Of a stretch of 64,000 nucleotides of DNA, positions 1-12,300 are shown piece after piece. A program made the position numbers and the translations under genes. The stretch comes from Laetmonice hystrix (taxonomy: Eukaryota): NCBI GenBank assembly GCA_965235115.1, contig OZ249436.1, positions 54,128,001 to 54,192,000 of the forward strand, written 5' to 3'. The notes beneath the pieces are model-generated. The model did not search any database and was not told where the DNA came from. It saw nothing but the letters and a program-made list of their open reading frames with translations. Positions within the stretch are counted from its first letter, which is position 1. Every line of letters begins with the position of its first letter.

Positions 1-87
1 GAAACTAGGAGATACTGTGATCATCAGATTGTCAAAGCAGTTCTCCGAAGGCGTTTCTTTTCTCATATCTTATACATGTAGTCTTGT

Positions 88-410
88 AGAAAGGTTTTAT
101 AGGGTTGTGGGGAAGTATCCATAAGGTTGTAGAAAAGTTGCCCTCAGGTTGTTTCTATAAGGTCGTTGAAACGGTTCCAAAAGGTTGAAAATTTTCCAAA
201 AGTTGTGGAAAAGATTCTATAAGGTTGTGGGAATTTTACAAAGTTGTGGGAATGTTGCCTTAAGGTTGTGGAAAAGTGTCCAAAAGGTTGTGGAAAAGTG
301 TCCAAAAGGTTGTGGAAAAGTGTCCAAAAGGTTGCGGGTAAATGTCCAAAAGGTTGCGGCTAAGTGTCCAAAAGGTTGTGGGAAAGTTTCTATGTTGCTT
401 TAAGGTTGTA
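88..410. repeat. Degenerate ~22-bp tandem repeat (GGTTGTGGAAAAGTGTCCAAAA)
   Basis: Unit visible repeatedly, most regular at 262-385. Confidence 0.85.
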
Positions 411-1464
411 AAAATGTCACAAAAACATGATGAAAAGTTGTTTCTATACGTAAACGCGATTACATGTAGTTGTTTTTACGTAAACGAGACATTTTTGCGT
501 TGCTATACAACATTGTATAGAGATATACATTGACCCTCATATGCTTCTTCTTTCCACTAAATTTGAAAGAAATCAGGATAATTTTGTTTGAGATATTGCT
601 CCAAATGTGTTTACATCCAAGATGGCCACCAAGCGGCCATTTTGAATAATATCGAAAATCAGTGTGACCTACATCATCCTTAGGCTGTCCCTTTAACGTT
701 TCATGCAAGATTATATCGTAATATTCCACTGTTTTTGAGGTACCGGCTATAAAACACCACCTACTACTCACTCTTCCGAGCGCGGATAATGTCTTTTTCA
801 ATAGGAGGTGATTTTGTCTGCAGTTTTCAGTATAAAATCGACCCAAAATAAGGTAACTAGTGGTGTCATTGACTAGATATGGACCCTTAAGTCACCGGCA
901 TATTATTAGAATGCCTATTTTGGAACTTGTTCACCCTTTACCTCCGGTTTAAGGAAATGGCATATATGACTTCCTATGTGTCACTAGTAACTATTGTGTT
1001 ATCTTGCGCCATTTTCGATATCTTAGCCAAAGCAGTGTTATTTGGGGAGGGGGGGGGGGGTCAAAAACAAATATGGCCGGCATATTTGCTCATCCACAGA
1101 TTATTATGTAACGTTTAAAAGAAAAACGTCTTTGAATCTTTTTTCGTGAAAAATCGAAGTCTACGGGTTGGGGGCTAAAAATACGGGATCGGGTATCATG
1201 AGCATTAGGCCTATAGACAATCAGTGTTATATCCCGAGTTAAATGTAGAAATAGTTTTGTAACCTGGCATTAAGAATACTTCAATTACAATAAAATCATC
1301 TGAATGAATGTGATTCTGTATTTAGGGCTTACATGAGCACTTCCGTTGAATGCTAAATAAATAAGACAGAAAGGGGAAATTAATGTAGGACTACTCCAAA
1401 CTTGGCGTAATCAGTATACCAATATTAACATTGTTAATTAGGTCTTCTTTGAGTGGGTCTTCAG

Positions 1465-1500
<36 letters not shown>

Positions 1501-1531
1501 TCTCTGTCTCTGTCTCTCTATCTCTCTCTCT
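1465..1531. repeat. (CT)n/(CTGT)n microsatellite
   Basis: Direct reading. Confidence 0.9.
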
Positions 1532-2146
1532 CGGACTCTCTCGGAGAAAAGGCCTAAACTATCATATAGTACATACACGAGGAGCTCCATAACCTGTTTT
1601 GATTGTTCTCTTTTTTGGGTCCCTGGTGTTCCCTCACTCGTAAAATCTGTTCAAAGTTTTCACTAGAGGCCCAAGTCATGCTCTACTCTACTATAGATCC
1701 GTCACAGTGGTGCAGCATTAACAACAAAGAATGTTGATTAATTGCAATATGGTCTGCTTCTTTTCTTATTTTCCCATCCCATAGGCGTGGGAACCATATT
1801 TTCATGGGGGGGGGGGAGCATGGGCCGGGGGGGGGGGGGGGCTCAGGGGTTCGAACCCCCTGGGCAACCAATTTGTCCTTTTTCCATAGAACTTTCTGAA
1901 ATGGCCATGCTGACCCCCTGTAAGGAAATTTTACCCCTGAACTCCCCCCTCCTTACCAAAATCCTTTAGTGCCGTCATCAAATATGCATCAACAGATAAA
2001 CTTTGCTTCGTTACTGCTGCCACTGAATAGGACATAACATAGTGATGGAATCTCCTGCAATCTAAAATAAGCTAAATATGTAATAAAAAAAGGAAGAAGA
2101 AAAAAGGGCAATGTCAAGCATCTAGAGGGCTCTGTGGCCCACGGCT

Positions 2147-2419
2147 GGGGGCCTCGGGTGGCCGAGTGGTCAAAGGTGCTGGCTCATGACACCTAGGACC
2201 ATCGCCTCACACCGCTGCTGTCCGGGTTCGATCCCCGGCCAGGGCTGCATGTGTGAAAGGTTTGTCAGTCAGTTCCTTCCCGAAAGTCGGTGGTTTCCTC
2301 CGGGCACTCCGGTTTCCTCCACCAAGAAAAACTGACTTTCATCATCATCATCATCTTCACCGCCGTGATATGACCCTGGCTGTTGCAAGGCGTAAAACCC
2401 CAAATACCCACCCACCCAC
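2147..2419 (+). mobile_element. Full-length tRNA-derived SINE with V-domain-like core
   Basis: A box TGGCCGAGTGG, B box GGTTCGATCC, core GGTTTCCTCCGGGCACTCCGGTTTCCTCC, (ACCC)n tail. 12-bp TSD TGGCCCACGGCT at 2135-2146 and 2420-2431. Confidence 0.9.
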
Positions 2420-5265
2420 TGGCCCACGGCTAAGTGTGACTTTCCTTTTCCTGTTTTTGGTCTCCTGGCAGTGGCATATCTCTGTTATTAAAATATAACT
2501 GGCAAATAGACCTACATAATTTTGCTACACACAATATAGAGATATACACTGTTGTATTGTCAACATGTCATCCATGCAATATGCCGCATCAGGTGGCGAT
2601 TCTTTCCCTGGACTTTCAATTCAGCTCTTTCACAATGGGTAAAGCTTATTTGTCATTTAACATATATCATAGACAATTACGCCCTGATAATTAGCCGTAT
2701 TGTATAAGGCAATCAGTAAACTTGTGTTGCACACGGTTGGCAGGAGCCTGAGACGGCGCCAACAAGGTGACAAGCACTGCAGTCTGCAGATGTCAAACTG
2801 ACCGCGTTTGAAGATAGGCAGGTCGTCTGGCCTTGGGTGCCGCTCACAGCCAATGGGAATGGCTGAGCGAGCGGCCGCAGAGTCACCGAACAATGCTCTG
2901 TTATTTGGGTGCAGTCGGCAGGAAATGTACACACGCTTTCTGCCATCCGTTCAGGACCCAGTCCAGGAACTAAAGACGTCTGGGTGGGTGTCACTCAGGG
3001 ACGCGAGAAAAGCAAACGCTCTTATATCCCAGGCAAGGTCTGCGTACATCAGAGAAGGTAAAAACTTCTGCCCTTGATAGACGTCTATGGACAACCAGCA
3101 ACGAAGCTCCACAGAAGCGCAACAGTAACGACAGCTAGAGAAGCAACCTTAAGGTGCTCTCTAAAACATCAACAGCCGGACTGCATACACACACTCTCAC
3201 ACTCCTTGGATACCCTAGCACTTTGAGAAGCAACTGCAATATACGTCTCTAATATGTGTAACTTCGACGTGTCCTAATGGAGTTTTGTACTCTAACATAC
3301 AATATATGTGCCGGGACTGGTTTCCCCGTCAACTTGGCAAAGTGTCTTGTTAACTGTGTCACAGGTCAGCGGGCATGTTATACCAGGGACTGACGTCCTG
3401 TGGAGAAAACCTGCTGACCGCCGAGTTACAGCGATTAAATCTGTCACATGCAGCACAACAAGACACCATTAGTCGGACAAGTCTGGAGTCTCCTCTTGTC
3501 TGCAGACTACAGGAACAAGGCAATGCATTTGGCGTATGAAATGCAATATGGTGAGTTAAGTTCTGTTCCTGATTGATGTACATAATCTCTCCCTGCCAGC
3601 ACCACCTGAGAAGCGTGCAAGCTTGTGCAGTGGAGCGTGCATTGGTTGGTGGCTTGCTGCAGTCGTACACCAACAGGTGTGGGTTGACTGTCAGACGGGA
3701 TACCCAGGCTAGCAACACTCTACCTCGATGAGTTCCTTTTTTCATGTTTGATGCTTTTTGTAGGATAAGGACGTGAGCCCCAGGTAAAATTGTAGTCATC
3801 GGTATGTGATCAATGTTGTGGTAGACCTTCAGTGTCATGGGATGACGTTTGTTCCAGGTACGTTTTTGTCAGACTTATGATATGCCAAGCGGTGAGACGA
3901 GGTTGAATCTGATAAGCAGAGCCTAATGTATAGCTACTGATTCTCATCTAGGCCTATAGGTGACGCCAAGAAGTCGATGGGACGGTAGAGAACCCCCGAT
4001 TATTGAGATTATAAAGACAAGGGGGGGGGGGGGTGAGTTCTTATCTACACTTGATCGACCTGATGATTTAATGGTGCACTTTAATGGAAATTTTGTTAGT
4101 CCCGAATATGTTACCGTTTCCGTTGACTTTTCTCATTCTCTTTAACAATGTTGATGGCAGAAAGGTGGTTTTAATCGTACACTTCCACTGCACTTAGAAT
4201 CGGCAGAATTTGTATAATTATTGTTTGCTTTGTAATTGGAGTGAAGAAATGCGAATAATATAGAGGACTAAGCTCGTACAATAACAAAAGGCAAGCAGGT
4301 GCAAGGCCATTTGTGATAATAATGATTTGAGTGAAGGACTTTGTTAATTACAATTTTTCACGAAAGGCAAAAAGCAAAGGGCCATTGCTGGTAATGAACC
4401 AGTCATAGAAAAAACGCCCGTTCCTGCACATGTGACTAGCGATGTTATGAATAACGGAGTAGAAGAAATGTACGGTTGTGTTTAACGTTAAGTAGCGATT
4501 ACCATTCCATCCGATTATATCAATTAAACTCCTCCTGAAAGGCTTTACTTGGTCTCCTAGATGTCTAGCTGCAGTCTGGATGGCGTACTGATATAATAAC
4601 TCTTGTCATGGAACTCAACCTAGATAATTCTTTGAATTACGGGTTATTCAAATTACCAGTATGCAATGGCTATTAGAAATTCCAAGGGGACTCGGCTGAT
4701 ATTATCTTTTAGTGTGTAAAGTATATTTAATTCTAGCTGGGTTCAAGCATGCATGATTTGGCTCAGAGTAAGAGTAAGAAATTAGGATAGACTCTATGTG
4801 CTTGGCTCCGATTGTAAACTATATGGTGAGTTAGGGACGTGGGGAAGCCGTGAGGGTTGGAGGGAGGCCGACACCACATATTTACCGGGTAATCAACGGA
4901 GAGGGTTGTGTTTGTCACAAAGATATGATCACAGAATTAAATGCCTACGAAGGGGGGGGGGCGATTTGGATGCAGCGAAGGTAATAAGTACAGCGTATGT
5001 GTGTTACTATCTTAAATTCCAATCTTATCCCTTATCTTATGCTATGACGAACCCACATTGTACCACAAATGATACCAACCTGCACCCAACCCTGAAAGAT
5101 GCCAGTGACTAATAAAGATGCAAAAGATTCACATAAACACCTTTGCTTTTTCAAAGGGTGAATATATACAAGTTGTAGAACCGGGGGTTGAAAAGTATTC
5201 ATGTAATTGAGTCTTACTGATCTGTACGTATATTTTATTCCTCAGTGTGAAGCCAAAGTGTTGCA

Positions 5266-6331
5266 ATGACACAGACTGCAGCCACATCAATGATTGTGAC
5301 AGGATCCCCATCCAAGATGGCATCAGCAGGGACCCAAGCAGGACCCAGAGAGGCGTCTCCCTACGGATGCAATCCTTCCCAAGCACAGTCGGCCAGGAGG
5401 GTTCTACCAAAGACCCCAGCTAATCCTAGATTATCTCAACCGGCTTCAGTCACCACAGAACCATCTCACCCTAGAATGACCCCGATAGGTCAAGACAGTC
5501 CGAAAGGTCACAGATCGGATCGAACCTCGCCAGGGGTCCGCAGCAAAGTGATCTCCGACAAGGTCGCAGCGACCTCTCCAAGTCTCCTCACTGCAGCCGT
5601 GACCCCACACAGGAACAGTGCCTTTCACTTACCGGAGCGAACTGTGTATTATAAATGCCCAGGTAGTGGGAAGGTGCCGGTTGAAACACAGAGAGTTGTC
5701 TCCCCAGGAGCTGATAAGGTGCCTGCTCCTGTCGATGATACCCGGTTGTCTCCACAGGGAGCCAGGAGGATTCTTACGGGCACCATGGAAACCATCTCCA
5801 ATATGATTTTGTCAAGATCTGGTTACACACCAAAACCTTGCTGCACGGATACAAATGTAACAAAACCTAAACCCAAACAAAATGTTGCTTCACCGACCAC
5901 CCGTTCAACTCACATGTCAATGATTACATCTCCAAGTCCTGCAAAACGAAATTCGCCAAATTCAAATGCAGTGACGCATGCTTCCACGAAACCTGTAGCA
6001 TCCCTGTGTTCAAATAAAGGGGCGGAATCACTTAGCAGCTCTGGATTCGAAACCAAAAATGAAGCAAAAGGACATGATCTACCTGATGTAAAACCGCTGA
6101 CGAAAACTAACGTGTTGGACTCTGAGGTAGAAACTTCCAAGACGGCTCAGCTGACCAAATCCAACATTATCACCTCTCAGGTAGACTCTATAATGTTGAT
6201 GTCACTGGCCGGATCAGCTATGTCCCCTGCAGGCTCCATGATGTGTTTGTCCAATGCCAAGGAATACATCATGGACAAATACTTTGAGGAGATGGCCAAG
6301 TCCTGGAACACACCGGATAACGCCAGCACCG
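5266..6331 (+). CDS. dachs: Dachs coding exon 1: S/T/P-rich extension ending in AKEYIMDKYFEEMAKSW
   Basis: 362-aa ORF. Acceptor ttattcctcag at 5245 with an in-frame TGA upstream of the ATG. Donor G|gtaagt at 6331 is phase 1 and matches downstream exons. The end motif resembles the insect Dachs N-terminus as I recall it. Confidence 0.7.
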
Positions 6332-9300
6332 GTAAGTCAATCTTCCAATGTTGAGACTGTTCATTTTGGAAGGAGGACTCGCACCTACACATGCCAAGAG
6401 GTGCCCTATATACCTATCATGAAATCCTCTATCAGATTTTCACTGCAGAAACAGTTCAACTCCCCCACCCCCTTGCAACTTGATATTGCCGAATTAGATG
6501 TTTGCCCTAAACCGTGAATATCTTTCAGCACTTGTCAAGAGATTATCAGTTCATACAGCAGTAAGTTAACTTAGACTACAACTAAAACTTATTGGGCCAT
6601 CAACCTTTTTTTTTATTCAAGCATAAATATTTTAATTCAACTAGATCATTAAGGTACGATTCGAACATGAATACGGAACCAAAGGTCATTTCCGGAACAT
6701 AATGGCGCTCCATTGTTGTAAGCCAATGGTGTCATGATGAGTGTGCATGACAGGACGATGACAATGAGAGTGATTGGTAACAATTGTATGTAACCGTCCA
6801 CCACTAAGTACAACGTCGGTGATTTAACCAGCATTATTTAAACCACCTACAGCTTCATGTTTGCATGCAGGGGCTCAAACCTTTCAGGTACGCGCAACTT
6901 TTACGACGGCGAAAGGTTAAGAAAAAAGGAAGGAGACCTCTTGCATGGCTGCCCCTTGTATTGGTGACTGATCTAAACCAGGTCATAAAATAGATGGAAG
7001 AAAATAATAGACTGCTGGCTTCATTTAATAGAGGGTGGCATTCTCGCTTGGTTGAACACGGAGGGTGATAGCAGTCGAGTCATGGAGGTGCTGTGGATGC
7101 TCTAAGGAGTCACATTGAGGTGTTGGTTGTCTGGGTGCCCCTATAAATAAATGTCCCTTGCTAGAGCTTCACCTAATAAGGACCAATACAGTCGGGACGT
7201 TTAACAGGTTAGCTTACGTGGGGGACTGGGAGCTCCCCGGAGTGTAAGAGTAGGTATAGCTTGGCGCGTGAACTCTTGAACGCCGAGGCCGTAACCTGTA
7301 CATTGTTGATTTAAACTGTCGGTAAAGATTGTTGGGAAGGGCCTTCCTCAGGGCGATATAGGAGTTTTGAATACTGCAGGTCTGAAAGCCCTTGGATTTA
7401 GAATTATGTTAGCCTCCAGACTGGCCCATTGCCTGTAATTTAAAGATATTTCATTCAAAGACTATCACTGATCCAGGATTTTGATAAGGGGGCGGGGCAC
7501 CCAAAAAGAGCCTTATAATAATTGCTATTAACACACTTCTAAATGTTTTATTTTATTCAAATACTATTTATTCAAATATAGTCATAACATCTTCATAAAA
7601 AAGAAGGAAGATCTAAGGGGGGCTGGGCCCCCTGGCCCTTCTGGATCTCCAGTGACTATATTTATGTCAGGTTGAGGTTGTTGGGGATTATTGTAAATAA
7701 TCACCAGAAAGAGTATATTGGTGGGGGTCCTGTCATTTTAAAACGTATAATGAAAACTCATTTTTTCACAGCCTACTGCATGCAAATTAAAATGATGAGT
7801 GATTGGGTGGAGATGAGAGACAACCCCAACGACATACTTAAACAGTAATTGTTGCTTGGTTAGCAGGTGTTATTGTTTCCTCAAGTTTCCCCTGTAATAG
7901 AAAAAATGCGTCCAGTTATATCATTTCCGATTGGGGTTACAGCTTCTATTTTCTTATAGCAGTGAACCCTTTGTAAACGGCTGACCGAGGCCAGGGTTTG
8001 AGTTGCACTGGGTGGAATTACTTGGGACTGAGTAACAAAGGAAAGGATGTGAGGCTTTAGTTTAACTACTTTGAAGTCAAACAAAGGTCGGATATGTACT
8101 TACCCGGCCTCCAGGACATCAATAGACGGTAACTTCTTTTGTTCGTACATTTGTAGATTTGCTTTTGTCACTGACCTGTGAAGAGGGGTGGACATTCAGC
8201 AGAAGTCAGAGAAAATTGAAGTCAGCGCCCTATACAACTACCCACCCCTTTAGGGCCAGAGGTGGGCAGGAACTCAAACACTTCAATTGTCTACCCTGGG
8301 TTAATGTCTCACAACATTCAAAACGTGTTTCCCATAATTATTCATTACAGGTGTATTCAAGCCGCAATTGTAATGAACATTAGGTATACACGTTATTATA
8401 TATTTTTAGGACTTGCTGACCTGAAATGTTAAAAATTTGTAAATGAAATATAAATCTGTTTCCATTACGTGATGTGGCTGCAAGAGCATGCTGTGATTAG
8501 CGCGATGAAACGAAATTCATCCCTTACAGCGCGCAAGGGTCCAGAGAGCTCGAGGCGCCGAGGTAAAACGGCCCCGGACAGTGATTAATGCGAAAGCATT
8601 TAGATTACTTCTTCTGTAATAGTCGAGGAAAAATAACCCATCCGTGAGTGTTAGCGGCACGCGTGTCAGTGATTCACTTCACAAACAAAAGTAGGCCTTT
8701 CGATACTGGTGGCTGGTCACAGCGGAGTTAGAACATACCTAGGTTTTCACTGTTCAGTTACCAAGACATGCAGTCTGGATCAACCGTTACATCCTTGGTG
8801 GAATCGGAAATATATGAGGAAATAGGTACTGTTAAAAAAGTTCTTCAGTACATACCGCATTTCATACTTCTCAATACATATACTACATTATGTTTCAACA
8901 TATGCATTACTTCACTCAGTACATGTACATAGGTCTAGCACAAATTAAAAATATATATATTAGGAGTAGGGCCTATGTCAATATAAAATGCTAAATTATG
9001 TTACTTATTCTATATTTATTCAACGACGAAAGCAAAGCTCATATGCAAAAAAAATAAAAAGAAGCATTAGATCAGGCCTATAATGAGGCTGGCACAGGAG
9101 AAGTTGGTATTAAATTGTGGTGTATTTCATTATGACAAACATGTAGTACTGAGTGAGTAGATATTTCACGTCAGAACATATTTGATCTGTCAGCGCCACA
9201 GGTCGAGTTGTCGACAGGGTTCACGGAGTCTTCCTTTAATGATTCATGCGTGATAACAGGATATTCCTTTTACGCGAGTCCCGTTTGACGCCGAGTGGAT

Positions 9301-12300
9301 CCTTGTTGCCATGGAATTCCAGTCAAACAGTAAACAGACAAAAACAGCGACCTGATAATTGGCAATTATTGATATTGGTATCATTAAAAGAGTTAACATT
9401 CAACATTCCTGAACTTTCATATTTCTCAAATACCAGGCTCGTAAATGTATTTGCTTTAAGTTTTGCTTGCTATGAATGATTAGGTGCTGACTCATCATCA
9501 TTTCTTGATAAACTGAAATGATAAACTTCCTGAACGTAAACTGATTTTATACATTGCCTTTGGAAATAAGACGTATTTTACATTCTCTAAAATATTTGTT
9601 TTGTTTCTTTTTACCCGTCAACTGCACTTAGAAAAACTCTGCCACCAATTACAACAGTTACCACGAATAGTTACCACTATTCGTCGATTGTATCCATTTT
9701 TCAAACCAACCATGGCTTCATTCGTTGCACTAGAAGCACCCATTGTGTGAGACTTTGTGACCCCATTACAACCAGACAAAACCATCAAGAAACCACAAGT
9801 ACCAATAAATAAAGCCAGTCTAAGACGTTAAGCAAACACCATGGATAGTTACAAACTTGCAGCATTTTACACCGAAAGAACTAGCGCCTAATGTTCATAG
9901 CCCAGGTGAGGCGAGGTCACTTGTCGCCTGTGATTAGTCTCTGGCATGCAAACCCGTACACGCGGAACTATCGTGGGGAGTAATGAATCAAACACGGTCA
10001 GGAAAGGAAGTTTGACAATTTCTCAGTGGATTGAAATAGATTTTCAAGAAGTGACCGTCGCGACGTCTTTTGAATTCTGATAGTGGTGATATTGAGGGGA
10101 CTACATGTGTTATCGTGGGCATGTTCCTGTTTGATATCGAAACATATCAAATCTTACCAGGAGAGGCATGCACACCAATATTTCGACATATGACCCGGCA
10201 CGTGAAGGTTTTCATGTCCTGAAACATTAATAGTGCAAAGATGGCCTACTTAAAACAACAAAAGACATTTCGTAACAACCAAGACATCATTTTAATGAAT
10301 GCCCCTCTGTCGCCCCTGAACGCTGGTACAGTCACACCATGAACTTCTCATAATCTTCCGGTTATTCCCCCATGGTAACTTCCAGGACCGAGATTAGGGG
10401 TTAGGGACAAGGTCAGGACTATGGATCTTTACTTTCGAGCAAATTTCGTGGGTTTTAAGTTACCACGGGGAATTACCAATTTTCCATGGGCGAAGGCAAA
10501 GATTACGTATACGTTACCACATAAAATGCTATTTATATTCACTCCCCAGCATTTGTGCTGGAATTTGCATAACGAAGCACCTTCTCGAACGGGGTATGAA
10601 CCTCTCAGGAGTGGCCGTTCAGCATAATGGAGCAGCAAGCAATTCGGAATAGTCATCAACTATAGATTACTTTGTCATTAAACGTTTTGTCTTCGCTGTT
10701 TTGTTGTTACTTAAATTCTTAAAAAAAGAAAAAACAAAAGAATGAAAAAGAAAGACCAATTTTGGGCAGATCTCTTTGGAAAGCATGCGCTCATCCTGAC
10801 AATTCCAGCAATGTCACAACTCGAATGGGAGCCAATAGAAGCATGATATTTAGGTCATGTCCTTTCTTGCCCACATAGTATCTATACATAAGACTAAGAC
10901 GACAACGATGTGTTCCTTCACCTGTATGGTATTAATGGCGTGTTTTAGTCTGCCCAGACGTTCCCTATGTGATCCACAGTGGTGAGCACACTCTTTTGAA
11001 GAGGTTTGGCAGCAGACACACTCTCCTGGCCCGTTTGAAGTAGAAAATCTCAGGGTCACCTCAGGTCCAGCAAAGGCTCAGAGTGTTGGATGAAGACCAA
11101 GACTCATACAAAATTTGCTTCTCCAAAACGGGAAGTACACGGTTATATACTGCTGGCAGAAGAATACTGGATAGGAGATACCATTTTTCGACATTGTTTG
11201 CCCGACGTTTGAAAGTAATACTGCCCTGAGAAAATTGGCTGTTGTTGCAAACATACCCCAGAATGTTTTGCGTGTTTGCTTCAAATAAGTGTTTCTACCA
11301 ATCGTAATTTAGCTCAAATTACTTGGTCTGAATTGTCATGGAACATGTTTGAAATGCGTTTAATGTATGGCATATTTGAGAGCAATCTTTTGAAATGAGA
11401 TCAGTTCCAGTGGCCCGTGGTACATGTAAATGTCAAAATAACCGTTAGGAAATTTCAAGTGGTTGTAATTTAGAATATAGAAAGGGTCAACCATGGCTAA
11501 TGATCACTCAACCAAGTCCTTAACTCTACCTTAATTCTTTTTTTGTTGGTACACAGCAGCCAAATTGGGTGCTGTGATTTCACGAATTTATGAACGGCAA
11601 CTTTTACTAGTTATGGTCATTCTCCGGGACTGGAGTCGTGGATTCCGAACTGAAAACATTCCATAGCTGGCTCCCATAAAGTTCGTCTTCGGTATATCGT
11701 TGTTAGTGTTCGTGTGGAGACTGGTACCGTAATACAGTAACACGGTCCTTAAAAGTAAAGATAATGTTTCCATCCAAGCTGACTTTAGATGGTTGGTATT
11801 ATACAGCAGAGATTAGCGTTCTAGGTTCCTAAAACCTTCTTGTCGCCTTGTACAATGCTGCCTACTTCTGACTGTCTAATCTCTACCGTATCCCACAATT
11901 TACGACGTGATTTTATCTGGTTCATCTCAGTTATACCCCCTTTACACAGGGGTGGCGATCGTTGAGAGATCGTTGAGGGATGAATAAATGGCCAGGTCTC
12001 TGAACGATCTTTCAATGAGCGACCAGCGACCGCCACGATCTCTCAACGATCTCGCAATGATCTTCCAGTGATCGCCACGGTCGCCACGGTCTCCTCAAAG
12101 TTTTGAACAGTTCAAAACAATCTCTCAACGATCGCCAAGGGAAGCGATCTCTCAACGAACGCTCAACGAACCTTCAAGAAGCGCTCATCGATCTCCCAAT
12201 GATCTCTCAGCGATCTTTCAATGAACGCCAAACTTTTCCACCCCGAAGGTAGAGATGGCTGAGAGATCAGTGAGGGATCGCTGAGCGTTCGATGAAAGAC

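Larger units (their letters stand above)
3..1550 (-). mobile_element. Putative Helentron-associated non-autonomous element (HINE-like)
   Basis: Read on the minus strand it ends in CTAG|TT at the window start. TTCTCCGA (41-48) is inverted at 1541-1548. A microsatellite lies next to one end and there is an internal 22-bp tandem repeat. Confidence 0.4.

Noticed and set aside
185..403. K/C/G-rich ORF
   Set aside because: Translation of the 22-bp tandem repeat.
2147..2245. tRNA gene
   Set aside because: The A and B boxes belong to a SINE head followed by body, tail and TSD; no proper cloverleaf.
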